Origin: Nemertoderma westbladi
Lineage: Eukaryota; Animalia; Xenacoelomorpha
Direction: 5' to 3'
Length of the DNA: 64,000 bases
Assembly (NCBI GenBank): GCA_032718475.1
Contig: JAUCBJ010007967.1
Coordinates: forward strand, 1-64,000
Position numbers and translations under genes: made by a program. Positions within the stretch are counted from its first letter, which is position 1; each line of letters begins with the position of its first letter. Below the pieces are notes generated by a model. It was not told where the DNA came from and did not search any database. It worked only from the letters and a program-made list of their open reading frames with translations. Positions 52,437 to 64,000 of this stretch are shown in pieces.

Positions 52437-53534
52437 GTGTTGCAACGGGATCGGGTTCCACAATTTTCGGGATTCGGGATTTTTAATTTTATTGCGGCCA
52501 ATTCATCCAAAAGTTACAATAGCTATCTACCCTGCCCTCTTTATAGGAGTAAAAAAATCTTTCGAGAAATCTAATGTTTTAAAAAATGCCTATATATGTA
52601 AAAATGTCTACTGACTTTTTTCAAATGGTTCGCGGTCGTAGTTTATTTCCCACTTACGTTTTTAATATTCTGCAAATTTTTTAATATATCTACTGACTGC
52701 AGTCTGACTGAATCGCTGCCATATCTCTATAATGTAATCGGCCTGCTGCATTGAAGCTGCACATTAGATGCTATGCCGGCTTAACAAAAATATTTTATCA
52801 CCACCATACAATCCGTAATTGACAAGCCCAATGCAGCGTGCATTAAGAATGCTGTGCCGGCTTATCAACAAAGTTTAACCGCCACAACTCCCTATCCCCC
52901 ATGACTTTCGCGAGATTATTCGCATTTTCAAGGCATGTATCCTTTAGGGGGCGACTCGTCAAAGTCGTGGACTGTCCAGTGTCCACCATGCTTATTTTCC
53001 CAAGGGGCTGCCAAAGCACAAGATTATGCACTTGCTGGTCCTCAAGGCGAAATCAATGTCCTGCAAAGCGGAGGCGATTTTGTTCAAGTGTCAAGCTTGG
53101 AGGAATAAATGCGACACCTATAATGTTATATAGTGTCTGGTTGGAGATGTTTGCATTGTACTTGAATTGGTGAAACCAGCTGCCACATCTTAATGTATTA
53201 ATAATAATAATAATATAATATTCAATAAAAAGCAAAGCAACAAGTGTTTCCATCATGACATTCATGAATATATATATCTCTGTAGGTAGTTGTAAAAGCA
53301 AAACCGTTACCTATTCTTTTAATTTATTATTTACTATTTTTGTTTTTAAAAAAAATTTTATTTTGTTTTGGGAAAATTTTTATACAATTTTACAAATTTT
53401 TTAGTTGCGGAGCATATAAATTTAGAAATAGCAAATCCCGAAAAATCCCGATATTTTACCATCGGGATTGGGATTTTCCATCGGAATCCCGATTTTCGGG
53501 ACCGGGGTTTTCCGTCGGGATCCTATTGCAACAC
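52437..53534. mobile_element. Possible MITE carrying the RTE fragment
   Basis: Imperfect inverted ends GTGTTGCAACGGGATC / GATCCTATTGCAACAC and CGGGAT subterminal repeats. Confidence 0.45.
52740..53168 (-). mobile_element. RTE LINE 3' fragment
   Basis: PPSLTLEQNRLRFAGH and VMGDRELWR.NFVDKPAQHS match 13757-14100. Confidence 0.9.
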
Positions 53535-54889
53535 TAGTTCACTTCCTATATAAAGTGAGACTTTTTCGTTAGTTGTTCTGGATAGTGCACAATATTGTTT
53601 AATATGTTATTTATATTTCTAATATTGGCTTTTGGTTTATATTTATTTATAATTTCCCTTTAAATAGTCAAATATCATTTTAGCTACAATCAACCTAAGC
53701 AGTTAATTTCAATATATCGGAATCACAAGTAATTGTGGCCGTCAACTGTTATTAAAGTTGAAAGAAAGGAACAGATTACAGTGGCTCGTTATTCTAAGCC
53801 AAACAATAAACGACAGTCAACAGCACAAGCTATAGTTTCATTTTTGTTGGTAAAAAATGGTTGTCGGTTTATGGATGTAGTCTGTCGGCTTTATGGATGT
53901 CGGCTTAGCTTTGTGGATATAGACTGTCTGACGGCTTGTTTTGAAAATTTACACATTAATAGTAAACTGTTAATGTAATACATCTTAGACTTCTTGTTGA
54001 ACTTTTTCCCCTTTTTGGAATGGTTCTTTATCCCATTTTGATTTGTCGAAAACTTTTGAAGATATGTAGATTTGAAGAGCCTCAGATCGGGAGAGAAAAC
54101 CATAATCTGTCCCCTCCTGTAACCAACGTTCAAGCTGATAGAATCGCATATATATAATTGGTATCTCGGTGTAAAATAATCAGTTCTGAAATCGTCCTTG
54201 AAAATGCTTTCAATTGATGTATAATGTTCATACTCAGCATTTTTTATGTGTGTTTGGCAGTGTCAGTCGTACCATAAAACGTCCCCCCACCTGTAACCGC
54301 CTGTAACCGGGCTCTCATTACATTTACATGAAAGGTTACAGGCAAGGAAGTGTCCCACGCCTGTAACCAATTATCGTAGAAATTGTGTTAATATAATGGT
54401 TACCGGCAGTGGACAGGAAGGGACACGCAGCATATTTGTTTACAGATCATATTTAAGGTCCGCCAATACTCGCCTTGAATTCTACGGACTCTGAGCTTTC
54501 TGAATATATATCATGTGTTGGGTTTGAGAAACTTTATTTTTTACAAAAAATAAATGACTCTATGGTTTGGCCACTTTTCTCTATATCGCCCCTGGAGTGT
54601 GTTAAGTGACCCACTGAGAAAAAAACTTTCAGAATTTTTATTGCCAAACCGAACAATACAATTGTTGGAGTGAGTAACTGCTGAACTTAATGAGCCACTA
54701 CTGTACTATTTAGGAGGTATAATTTTAGTAGTCCTTGCCCTTATATCGAAACGGTACAGTCGCTTATCCTAATTAATATCACCTATAACTTGATCTTGTC
54801 TTGTATTAGACTTTCTTTTTATGTTGATATTTGCCATTTAGGATTTACAACATTAAACATTCTCAACTATTACTGGTTATACCCTGTAG

Positions 54890-55244
54890 ATTCCGAGTTG
54901 ATGACGTTGTTTGGGCGAAACTAGCCGGGCATCCGATGTGGCCGGCGGGAATCAGAGCGATTATTAAAGAGAAACACGGTCCGGATTCGGTCAGGGTACA
55001 AGTCGCATGGTTCGGAGACACTTCCACATCCATGGTCAAGGTAACCAAAGTCTGGCCATTTGCGGAATTCTTTGAGAGAAAGTTCCTCCGTCGTCGAAGA
55101 GATCATTACTACCTGACTGCTGTAAAGAACGCATCCAACAAGGCGAACTACCATATCCCCGAGAAACTAGAGAGGTCCTTACCTAAAAACCATCCTTACT
55201 CGAAAAACACTAGTCCACCTTCACGAAAATCTAGTTTAATGTAG
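54890..55244 (+). CDS. Terminal exon of the PWWP2-like gene (PWWP domain)
   Basis: Acceptor TTATACCCTGTAG ending 54889, phase 2, compatible with the donor at 49152. FRVDDVVWAKLAGHPMWPA...VAWFGDTSTS...WPFAEFF..KF..RR...Y..AV..A. Confidence 0.85.
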
Positions 55245-55502
55245 GAAATTAATATATTATATATACCAAGTTATATTTTGTATTTAATTACTAATTAATA
55301 TATGACATCTTTTCTGGTATGAAAATAAGTTTTCGACAAATATAATTTCAAATTTTTTCTCAATTTTTTTATTATCTTCTTTTATATCGTTTACGTCAAC
55401 TATTTTTTTTAGATAAAATTTTCCACAAAGGAACTTTCCTATTTAATCCCGTTTAAAAATGTAATCCAGATTCCGATTATTCATTATATCATACTAACCT
55501 TA

Positions 55503-55860
55503 ATCGACATGCAGTATTGTATCCCGACATGCAGCATTGTATCCCGACATTCAGTATTGTATCCCGACATGCAGTATTGTATCCCGACAAGCAGCATTGT
55601 ATCCCGACATGCAGCATTGTATCCCGACATGCAGCATTGTATCCCGACATTCAGCATTGTAGCACCATTTAAAAAAGTAAATGCCATGCCGGGGTATCAA
55701 CAAAATTGCGGCCCCACAACTCCAAACAACAAACTCATTTATATATGGGGCTTCCAAAGCACAAGGTAGTGTACTGGCTGGTTTTCATGGGGAAAGCAAT
55801 GTCATGAAAAGTGGAGGCGGCTCCATTCAAGTGTCATGTTTGGGTTAATGAGGCACCAAA
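55503..55860 (-). mobile_element. Degenerate RTE 3' end whose terminus is expanded into a 20-bp minisatellite (55503-55661)
   Basis: Unit ATCCCGACATGCAGCATTGT, about 8 copies. Adjacent sequence aligns to the reverse complement of 13820-14100. Confidence 0.65.
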
Positions 55861-56401
55861 AAAATAGAGAAAATTATTTCCAGTTCACCCGCCATTTTTA
55901 TGATGTGTAAATATTTTAATTTATTTCTATGGAATTAATTCACCCACCAAGTAAGTGGTCGGGAGGTGGAACTATCTCTGTTTCAAATCAGCAGCGTCAT
56001 CAGTGAAATCATACAATATCATTAAGATTTTTAGAAAAATTAGGGGGAGGGGCCGCGTCACTGAATTACGACACTTTATTCTAGGACATATGGGGATCAC
56101 AGCTGTATAATTTTCAAGTATAATTATTTATATCTTATACTATAAAATAATTAATTTCCATTAAATGGCAGGTGAAAATGCGGTTTAACTTAATCAACTA
56201 ATTAACTGCTTTAATCTTACCTTCTCGAAGGCCACACGCAAATTCAACTTGGAAAATTTGTAAACTTTTTCCAAACAACATTAGGGTTAGATTTCGTCGA
56301 GGATAGGCCGAGTTATTATCGTTTAAAATTGGACAAAACAGAAGGACAGAACAACATAAACACCGATTGAGTTAGTGGTACCGTATGATAAGCTCGCTTA
56401 C

Positions 56402-57066
56402 TGTAAGCGGATTCAATTCCATTGCATTATCCACCCGAAAATGGGACCAGTGGCATTTTACCAATATAGTTGGGGATACGAGATTACCAATAATAATCTC
56501 GCCTCATAACCAACTCGGGGGGGGGGGGGGGGGGGGCGACACCGGCCCTGAAGCCACAGAGAGAGGTGAGAAGTCAAACCATCTCACAGGGAGAACACAG
56601 CTAGTCAAGGCTAGCGGTAGGGGGAAACACTCACAGGGAGTGCCAAAGTGACAATTAGTATATAAGCCAATAGCGGGCAGGGGAGCACGTGAACAGAGAT
56701 AGGAAAGCATCCATTGGGTACAGAAGGCCAAGTAAAGTAGAGGTGAAACCAATATCTATGTGTATCAATCATAGTTATTCTGTATTACTGATTTACCGGT
56801 CTGTTCATTAATCACAGAGTTGCAGACCGGTTATAGTTTTCAACCGTCATCACTATACATACTGCTGTTGTTATTCTGTATTACTGATTTACCGATCATA
56901 TACTGTGACTGATTCTGTGCTATTATCGTTGGAACATTAACATTGAGAAACACAAACTCTGTTATTTTTCCCCAACGGCCTTCGGCCAAAAGAACACCAG
57001 CCAGCAGACCAGCAGTCAGGTGACGCGTATAAATCTTATCCGGTCGGGATCTCAGATCCCGTCACA
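56402..57066 (+). mobile_element. Solo LTR (665 bp) with 5-bp TSD
   Basis: TGT...ACA termini. CTTAC at 56397-56401 and 57067-57071. TATATAA near 56659. Splits a DINE-like element. Confidence 0.85.
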
Positions 57067-57361
57067 CTTACTTTCGTGGCTCGCCCCACAATCAGTGAAG
57101 GGAGTTTAATTCTATGTTTTGAAATATTTTCCTTATCCTTCTGAATTATACTTTCTATACACTATACACTTATACTTTCTGTAGTATAATAAATATATGA
57201 TAAAATTGGACATTATAATAATATAAATATTAATCATGATTAATAATGAATAAATATACCCAAAGTCCTACAAATTAAACACAATTAATTTAATATTACT
57301 TATAAAATCTACATTAAGTTCTATAAATATTAATTATTTCATTGTTGTTAAAATAGTGAAA

Positions 57362-58429
57362 CTATCCAACGATGTACTGCCATCTGTGTTCACCCGACTT
57401 TGCAAACTGTATGTCAGTCAATTCTTTATAAATCCTAGTAGAAAGTTTTTCCTTGAGATTTCTTTCAGGAATCTGAATTTTTTCTCCGTTGTATACGATT
57501 TCCCTTATAGGAGTTATAGCGCAGGCGGTACCGCATCCAAACATCTCTATCAATCGATCTTCATCCACAAGTTCTATAAGATCCTTCATTGTAACCGTGG
57601 CTTCAATGACAGATATATTATTCCATTCGCTCGCCAATTCCATAACACTCATTCTCGTAATTCCAGGGAGTATAAGACCATCTAGAGGAGGTGTTACTAA
57701 TTCCTCCCCACCATCGACATTCATCAGGTGAAAGAAAATATTCATAGTGCCTGCTTCAGTAATCCTTTGGTTTTCTCCATATAACCATAAAACCTGATCA
57801 CAACCTTGCTCTCTACCAATATTCCTAACATACAGTGTCGGTGCATAATTGCAACCCATTTTATATTGACCAACTCCCCCTTTCGAACACCGCACAAATC
57901 TTGGTTCTGCGAGTAGTGACACAGACTTTTGGAACATCTTGCCGATTGGGAAGAGAATTACGTAGAATAAAGCTTTGTTTGGATTTTCAACCCAAAACGA
58001 TGTAGCAATAAGGTTTGGGCGAATGTATAAACTGTTGGGATATTCTGGAACCCATTCACTATCAACGCGAATTAATTCACGAATACATTTTAAAGTTTCT
58101 TCGATGTTAAGTGTTGGCAAACAGGCTCTGTTCGCGGATATGTTTAGTCTTTTGAGATTCTCTCGTGGACGAAACAGACGTATGACCCCATTGTCACCTC
58201 GGTATGCTTTAAGCCCCTCAAATACTTGAGCTCCAACATGTAGAACGCTCGCTCCCGGACTCAATGTTATATCCTCAAAAGGAATAATCTCAGGATTTGC
58301 CCATCCCTTTTCAGCAGTCCATCGTATTTTTAGCATATGTGGTGTATTAACACTACCAAATACACTAGGGACGATTTTTGTTACCCTTCTTGCATCGTCA
58401 ATAATTTCCTTTGTTAAATTTGTAAACAT
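57362..58429 (-). CDS. BCAT: Branched-chain amino acid aminotransferase (PLP fold type IV), intronless, animal-type
   Basis: 355-aa ORF. FEGLKAY, RLFRP, YIRP, YKMGCNY (PLP lysine), QVLWLYGE, EAGTMN, ILPGITR, EMFGCGTA. Confidence 0.95.
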   Translation of the reverse strand: MFTNLTKEIIDDARRVTKIVPSVFGSVNTPHMLKIRWTAEKGWANPEIIPFEDITLSPGASVLHVGAQVFEGLKAYRGDNGVIRLFRPRENLKRLNISANRACLPTLNIEETLKCIRELIRVDSEWVPEYPNSLYIRPNLIATSFWVENPNKALFYVILFPIGKMFQKSVSLLAEPRFVRCSKGGVGQYKMGCNYAPTLYVRNIGREQGCDQVLWLYGENQRITEAGTMNIFFHLMNVDGGEELVTPPLDGLILPGITRMSVMELASEWNNISVIEATVTMKDLIELVDEDRLIEMFGCGTACAITPIREIVYNGEKIQIPERNLKEKLSTRIYKELTDIQFAKSGEHRWQYIVG

Positions 58430-60719
58430 TATTTCTTCGTGATATTTCTATTTTCGGTAATATTTCAAAATATTCATATTTTATACAACTTTTGTATATT
58501 TATAATATTAATAAATTCAATTAAATATACAAATAGAAATAAATGCACAGTTTATTTATTAATTATATTGAACGGATTAACAATAGAATAACAATGGATA
58601 AACAATATGGAAAAAAAACAGGAACGCTGAACAGACCATTTTTGATGTTTGCAATCTGATGTCGAAACTACTGTATGGGAGAAACCCATTAAATTGCTCC
58701 AAAAGGAAATTAAATCTTCTCTCATTTCGTTATTTGTTATCCATTCAAGCTGAAATTTGGCAAAAATACGTGCTAGCCAATCAATTCAGGTTGCGTCTTT
58801 GTGGTGACGCTAAACCGTCGGATGTTCTCTACCGTCTACCGTTAGTTAGGAGCCCGCTTGACAGCGGGATACTTACTGTAAGAATCTTCAGGATACATTA
58901 CATTGACTGACACTGACTGACTGATAATTATCTAGGTTAAGGCACTTCCTGCCTGGCGATTTTGATGAAATTTTGCAAGTACATTGCTTTTGAGGTTCAT
59001 AATCGCGTTACAAAATTTCAGATCGATTCTATGTGTGGTATTCGATATATTTAGATTTTTGACATTGTTTTGTCGCGAAATTAAAAGCAATGGTAAAATA
59101 ACAGCTGGTGTTCATGATGAAATATGGCTTAATATGTTATACACAGTCATAGTAAAACGTATTGGTTGCCAAGTTTTACTAGTAGGCTATAAGGAAAGTC
59201 AATGTTTACTCACACATAAGCTGTTGGTTTCTAATGTATTACCCCATAAGCTGATTGCTCTCCCAGTGCTTCCTAAGGGTATATCTACAATAAGGTTACT
59301 CACTCTGCTATGTTAGGGGGTGGATCAGGAGAATGAATTTTAGTTACACAAAGCAGTGTGTTGTGTCCTATTGCAGTCGATACTCACTGTGGATTGCAAA
59401 ATGTTTTATAGTTGACCTACACTATAATACAGTAGTTGCATGTATTTAAGGAGCCCGCTCTGGCCTACTGCCTAACTTAGCAGTAATACCTATATTACAT
59501 ATACACATATTAAAAATATTCTTATTTTTTTTATTACATACGATTTTTTAGCTGAAACGATTTTTTAGCTGAAGCATTAATAGTGTAAATTAATTTAATT
59601 ATATTTTAATACCATTACTACATTGGCATACTGTAAGATAAGTTTTAATATTTCTTACAAATAGTGGTGCGAGCATAAATCAAATCACGCAAATTTAAAA
59701 GAACCGGGTGTGTTGTCATAGCAAAGTTTCAGTTTTTATTATGTGGGACGAGCCACAAAGTACTGCTGAGAAAGACTGAAAGGTTCAAAGACTGTATGTC
59801 AACAATGTTATTATTATTATAGTCTGCGCCACAAACAGAATATGCCAAATAATTAAATTAGCAATATAAATTTCAGAAAAATAGCTATCGGACTTGGCTG
59901 AAGAAATCGAATTATAATCCACTTAGTTTGTTATATTGATGATATTATTACTCTCTGGGAATGTGTTGGAATGGGAGATTGTAAATTATTATTGAACAGT
60001 AAATATTACATATCCCATAAAAGTCGTCATAATTAATTGTGTAGAAACAATTGTTCACCTTCTCGTTTAGATTAATTAGTAAATAAATAAATTAGTTTAG
60101 ATATTTTCTGTTAGCGAATTTATTTCGAATAATAAAAAAGTGTGTAGGCCGATTGTATGGTTGTTTAATTTGCGTTATTATTTTTCGCCGCGACCTAGAC
60201 TTCTATTAATTGTTAAATCTAATGGTTTTCAAAAAGAAAGGTAACCGTACCTGTACTGGTAAATCTAACTTGTTATTTATCTGGTTGTGAATCATGGGCA
60301 TTTTCTTATAAATATTCGGTTGTTAGTGGCAGCAAAGTTTCATTTTTTATTATGTGGGGCAAGCCACAAAGTCAGCTATGTATCATCACACCATTTAGAC
60401 AATTGTTTAGTTTAGTATTGGCTAGGATTCTTCCCCCCGGGCTCCTTCCAGCCAGCTTGCTGGCTCTCTAGTGGGCTGAAGTAAAAACTTTTTAGAAATG
60501 TCTGAAATAAAAAAACTATCAGCCATTTTCGCGTTATTAATTCTTTCTTATTTTATTGATACCTGACACAGTCTAGACATCAATCTGAGTTTTTGTGAGG
60601 TGGGGTCTTAAACTGTCTTCAGTTACCAATTGGATGTTTGCAACCCGATGCTGAAAGGGGAATAGCCCAATTTGGACTAATTGGCCCAATTTGGACCACC
60701 AATTTGGACTAAATGTCAA

Positions 60720-61600
60720 CCAAACCCTCTACCTAAGAAATGAGACCTCGGTATACTGTACCAACAAACTATCGTGGGATCTGTCTGCTTGTGGTAGCTG
60801 CCAAAATATACAACAAAATGTTTTTATATAGAATTTGGCCTCTGATAGAGATGCTGCTTAAGAGCCAATACATATTTTGACCACATAGATCAACAATAGC
60901 TCAGATACTTGCGCTGCGGAGACTGATTGAAGGAATTAAGTCAAATAATCTCCCCGCAGTCCTGACATTGTGGACTTCAAGAAATCGTTCGACTTTTTAC
61001 ATAAAATAAAGGAGGGCTTATACTAAGAGCTTATGGAATATCCGAAATGATTTTTGCTGGCATGGGATTGATGTATTGTGAAACAGAAGCTCAAGTAATC
61101 TCGCTAGAGGATGAAACTTTGTTCTTCTCAATCCTGGGTGCTATGCTGCAAAGCGAGATTATTGGCTCCATTAGTATTATATTTGTATTTGATAACGCAA
61201 TTTGGACAGCCACAACTAACTGGATGCAGTAGAAATCCCTATCAAAAATTCATAGAAACCGACATTGAAGATGACATCGCCCTACTCTCTAATGCCCATA
61301 TTAGACTGAATAAATTGGAAAGGACTGCTAATTAGGTGGATTTACATATAAATCCTTCCAAGATTATATTAATGGCTTCCTGTTAATGGGAACTTGTCCA
61401 CAATTGGAGTACACAGAAAATGCATTGGAGTTAGGAATCAAAACAATAGGTAGCTCTATCAAAAATGGATGTCATATGGAAATCAGTTTAGATTAGACCA
61501 CTACTACTGTCATGAAGACCAAGTTATTTTGAGCTACAATTCAATGGGAAGTGTACGTTTATACGGGGGTGAGACCTGTAGACTGATGAAATCATAACGA
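60720..61600 (+). mobile_element. Old, degenerate RTE-like RT fragment
   Basis: NYRGICLLVVAAKIYNK, STIAQILALRRLIEG, DFKKSFD and RAYGI, found in shifting frames. Confidence 0.75.
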
Positions 61601-62027
61601 ACTGTCGATTTATGGAATGTAGCAGGTTAGGTACAGTGTATACTATAGACACACTACAGTAACCTGCCTATTCACCTAACCCTATTGCTTGTTGGGCATC
61701 AGTGGGATTATTGATGACAATAATATTTACCTACCCGAATCAGCATAATAATAATGTGAAAAATAATGAAATTACCTGTAATTACTGTATAAATACATTT
61801 ATATACACTGTTACATTACCATGACTTTCAAAGTACCATGATCTAATAGATAATAACTGTGATATAATTCATAAATCAATACCGGTAAATGATAAGCATG
61901 TTATATAAACAGGAATAATGGAACTAAATGGAAGATAAAGCAATATAGAAATGCACATTAATTAAAGGCGTACGTGAGCTGAGCATAAATATATAAGTAA
62001 ATGTTCTTAAATCTCCTCTCACGGGAC

Positions 62028-64000
62028 TGTGGGGCGAGCCACAAAGTGAGTGAGCCTTAGCGTAGTGGTACCATTAATCAACCTGTGGGGCGAGCCACGA
62101 AGTGAGTGAGCCTTAGCGTAGTGGTACCATTAATCAACCTGTCGTTCTGTCGCGTTTTTTTTCAGTATTTTATTTTAAACGTTAATAACTCGGCCAATCC
62201 TTGATGAAATCTATCCAAACTTGGTACACATGTTGTTTGGCAAAAGTTTGAAAATTTTCCAAGTAGAATTTGCGTGGGGCCTTCGTGCAGCATCAGTGTA
62301 ACTGTTATTGTAGTTATAATATATTTATTTATCCAAATTTAAAATGCGTTAAATTATTATTACTGTAGGATAAATCAGCTGGGTTTTCTCACAAATTTTG
62401 CAATACATTGGGGTTGTCTGCATGTACCATGTGTACCGGTACTGTCAGGCTGTACTCAATCCCTGAATCGAGAATCCAGGAATCCTGCGAATGAATTGAG
62501 AATCAGTCAATACTGCAATACTGGTCAGCCGGTACCATACACTGCAGACATGCCATATCATGTAATCTAATTAACCCCGGCTTCCCTTGCGGTGATTAAA
62601 GTTTAGGCCTAATTAGCCCAGTACCGGTACCGGCACCGGTAATAATAATATAATAGTTTAGATAGTTACCGCTAATCATTCAGTCATTGCTGCATTGGCA
62701 CGGTACACCGTATTGCTGTACTGCCGTTGTAGTGCGCACCGTAGGTACCACCCATGGCCATGACAAGGACTTTGCTGTGAAATTAGCGTAGGCTGACTGT
62801 GCTGATTATCAGATTATGGTACTGTGGTACAAGCTATATACTGTTAGGTATACTGCTGTATTGGGGTGGGGTTAGGCTGTTAGGAATAATCCATTTGTTT
62901 TAGCATTTAATCCCCTTATTTATTATAAAACCATTGGAAATATTCGCAAATGCCGCTCCATTACTGTCTGAAACGCTCCCTGGACCCGAGCAGCCGAGTT
63001 GCTTCAAGAGGTGATTAACGGGGGAATACTACGCTGCTACGGAATTGCTTGTTTGTCAGTACGATTCTATTTGGGTATTTACTACACTCAGACACTGGGA
63101 ATACGGAGGTCGGTCAGATCGTAATGCGGGCAACTACCAAGTTCCTCATGCCTCACTCCGGTCACCCACCTTGGAGTGCGGTGGGAAGGGTCCCACTTAC
63201 TGACTTACGTCGACGACTGGACGAATCAACGAGGATTGCGATCTGGGTTTAGCGGCGGCCCGGATCCTGGTATCGCCTGGGGGAAATGGTTGAACGTCGG
63301 TCATACTTGTATCGCACTGGATTACGTTCTCTGCGACGTGAAAGTGTGAAGCGAATTCGTTGTCGAATTGGGTCGAAAGCTGCGGGAATTCTACTGTTCT
63401 ACAGGAGTAAACCGCAGCGGTCCGGTGACTACGAACGGATACTACTGGGATAAGCAGGTATAAGCTGGCACTCAACAAAACCAACGCTTATCACAGGTCG
63501 GTATGGTTACCTCGAAACCGGCGCGACTGTCCACTCGAATACAACTTCAAAACACAAACGCCAACAATAAACTGAAAGCGAATCGAACGTCTTCAGAAGA
63601 ATCTGTCATTGGGACGGAGAAAAGGAAGCCGAAACCACGGGAATGGACCACAGCTAAGATTGAATGCTCCCATTGTCAGAGTTCCTGGACCGAAATTGAA
63701 ACACCAATTGCCGATGGGCTTGATCTCTCAAACCAAAACTTCCTCTGCGGGGTTTGCGTGGCAGTAAAGATTGAAAGTCTGGAAGCTGGCATCCCTAGGT
63801 ATTATTATTATAAAGAGCGTCAGCCTGTGTTTAATAAATATATTTTAATACAAAGCAGGTCGAACGCAAATAGGCTTATAATGAAGACGAGTACTGCATT
63901 GATTATATTCCTATAAACCACCTGGCTTTGCATATTGAACGTGCGTTTGGAAATAAGTTCGTGCTACCCTTCCGTGGGTGGTAGATGTCGCGGTTATGTA
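62028..64000 (+). repeat. Right arm of the inverted duplication; includes a Cys-rich (PHD-like) ORF remnant at 63503-63800 and a 56-bp tandem duplication at 62028-62139
   Basis: Reverse-complement match to 42629-44222 and 40813-41105. Remnant reads IECSHC...FLCGVC. Confidence 0.85.

Noticed and set aside
52117-52614. 165-aa ORF downstream of the methyltransferase
   Set aside because: Produced by the 42-bp minisatellite.
51392-58429. Bacterial horizontal transfer or contamination to explain the intronless genes
   Set aside because: The BCAT has animal-type segments (QVLWLYGE, EELVTPPLDGLILPG) and the methyltransferase resembles animal WBSCR27; both sit among host repeats. A phylogeny would be needed to reopen this.
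41612-61600. Other CTGATGA/TCATCAG heptamers (near 41612, 55997, 57721, 61583) as hammerheads
   Set aside because: No stem II closed by GAAA and no matching stems I and III nearby.

Overview
Repeat-rich eukaryotic DNA, most likely from an invertebrate animal. About the first 44 kb is nested mobile DNA: two decayed BEL/Pao LTR retrotransposon copies (1-8970 and 27995-39020), a 40-bp-TIR element, several LINE fragments, a 46-bp satellite and three arrays of an 18/22-bp palindromic satellite. The BEL copies share a long, apparently structured 3' non-coding region, and copy B carries an extra zinc-knuckle ORF. One RTE-type LINE has an exact 100-bp target-site duplication. The right part holds host genes: the last two exons of a PWWP2-like gene, an intronless METTL27/WBSCR27-like methyltransferase nested in its intron, and an intronless branched-chain aminotransferase. 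An inverted duplication brackets this gene block. The most striking signal is a 680-bp perfect tandem repeat (39021-40624). Each full unit encodes, on the minus strand, a complete hammerhead ribozyme core whose three strands are in a non-circularly permuted order with an extra 11-bp helix, in a retrozyme- or Penelope-like arrangement. All calls were made by eye; no searches or folding programs were run.
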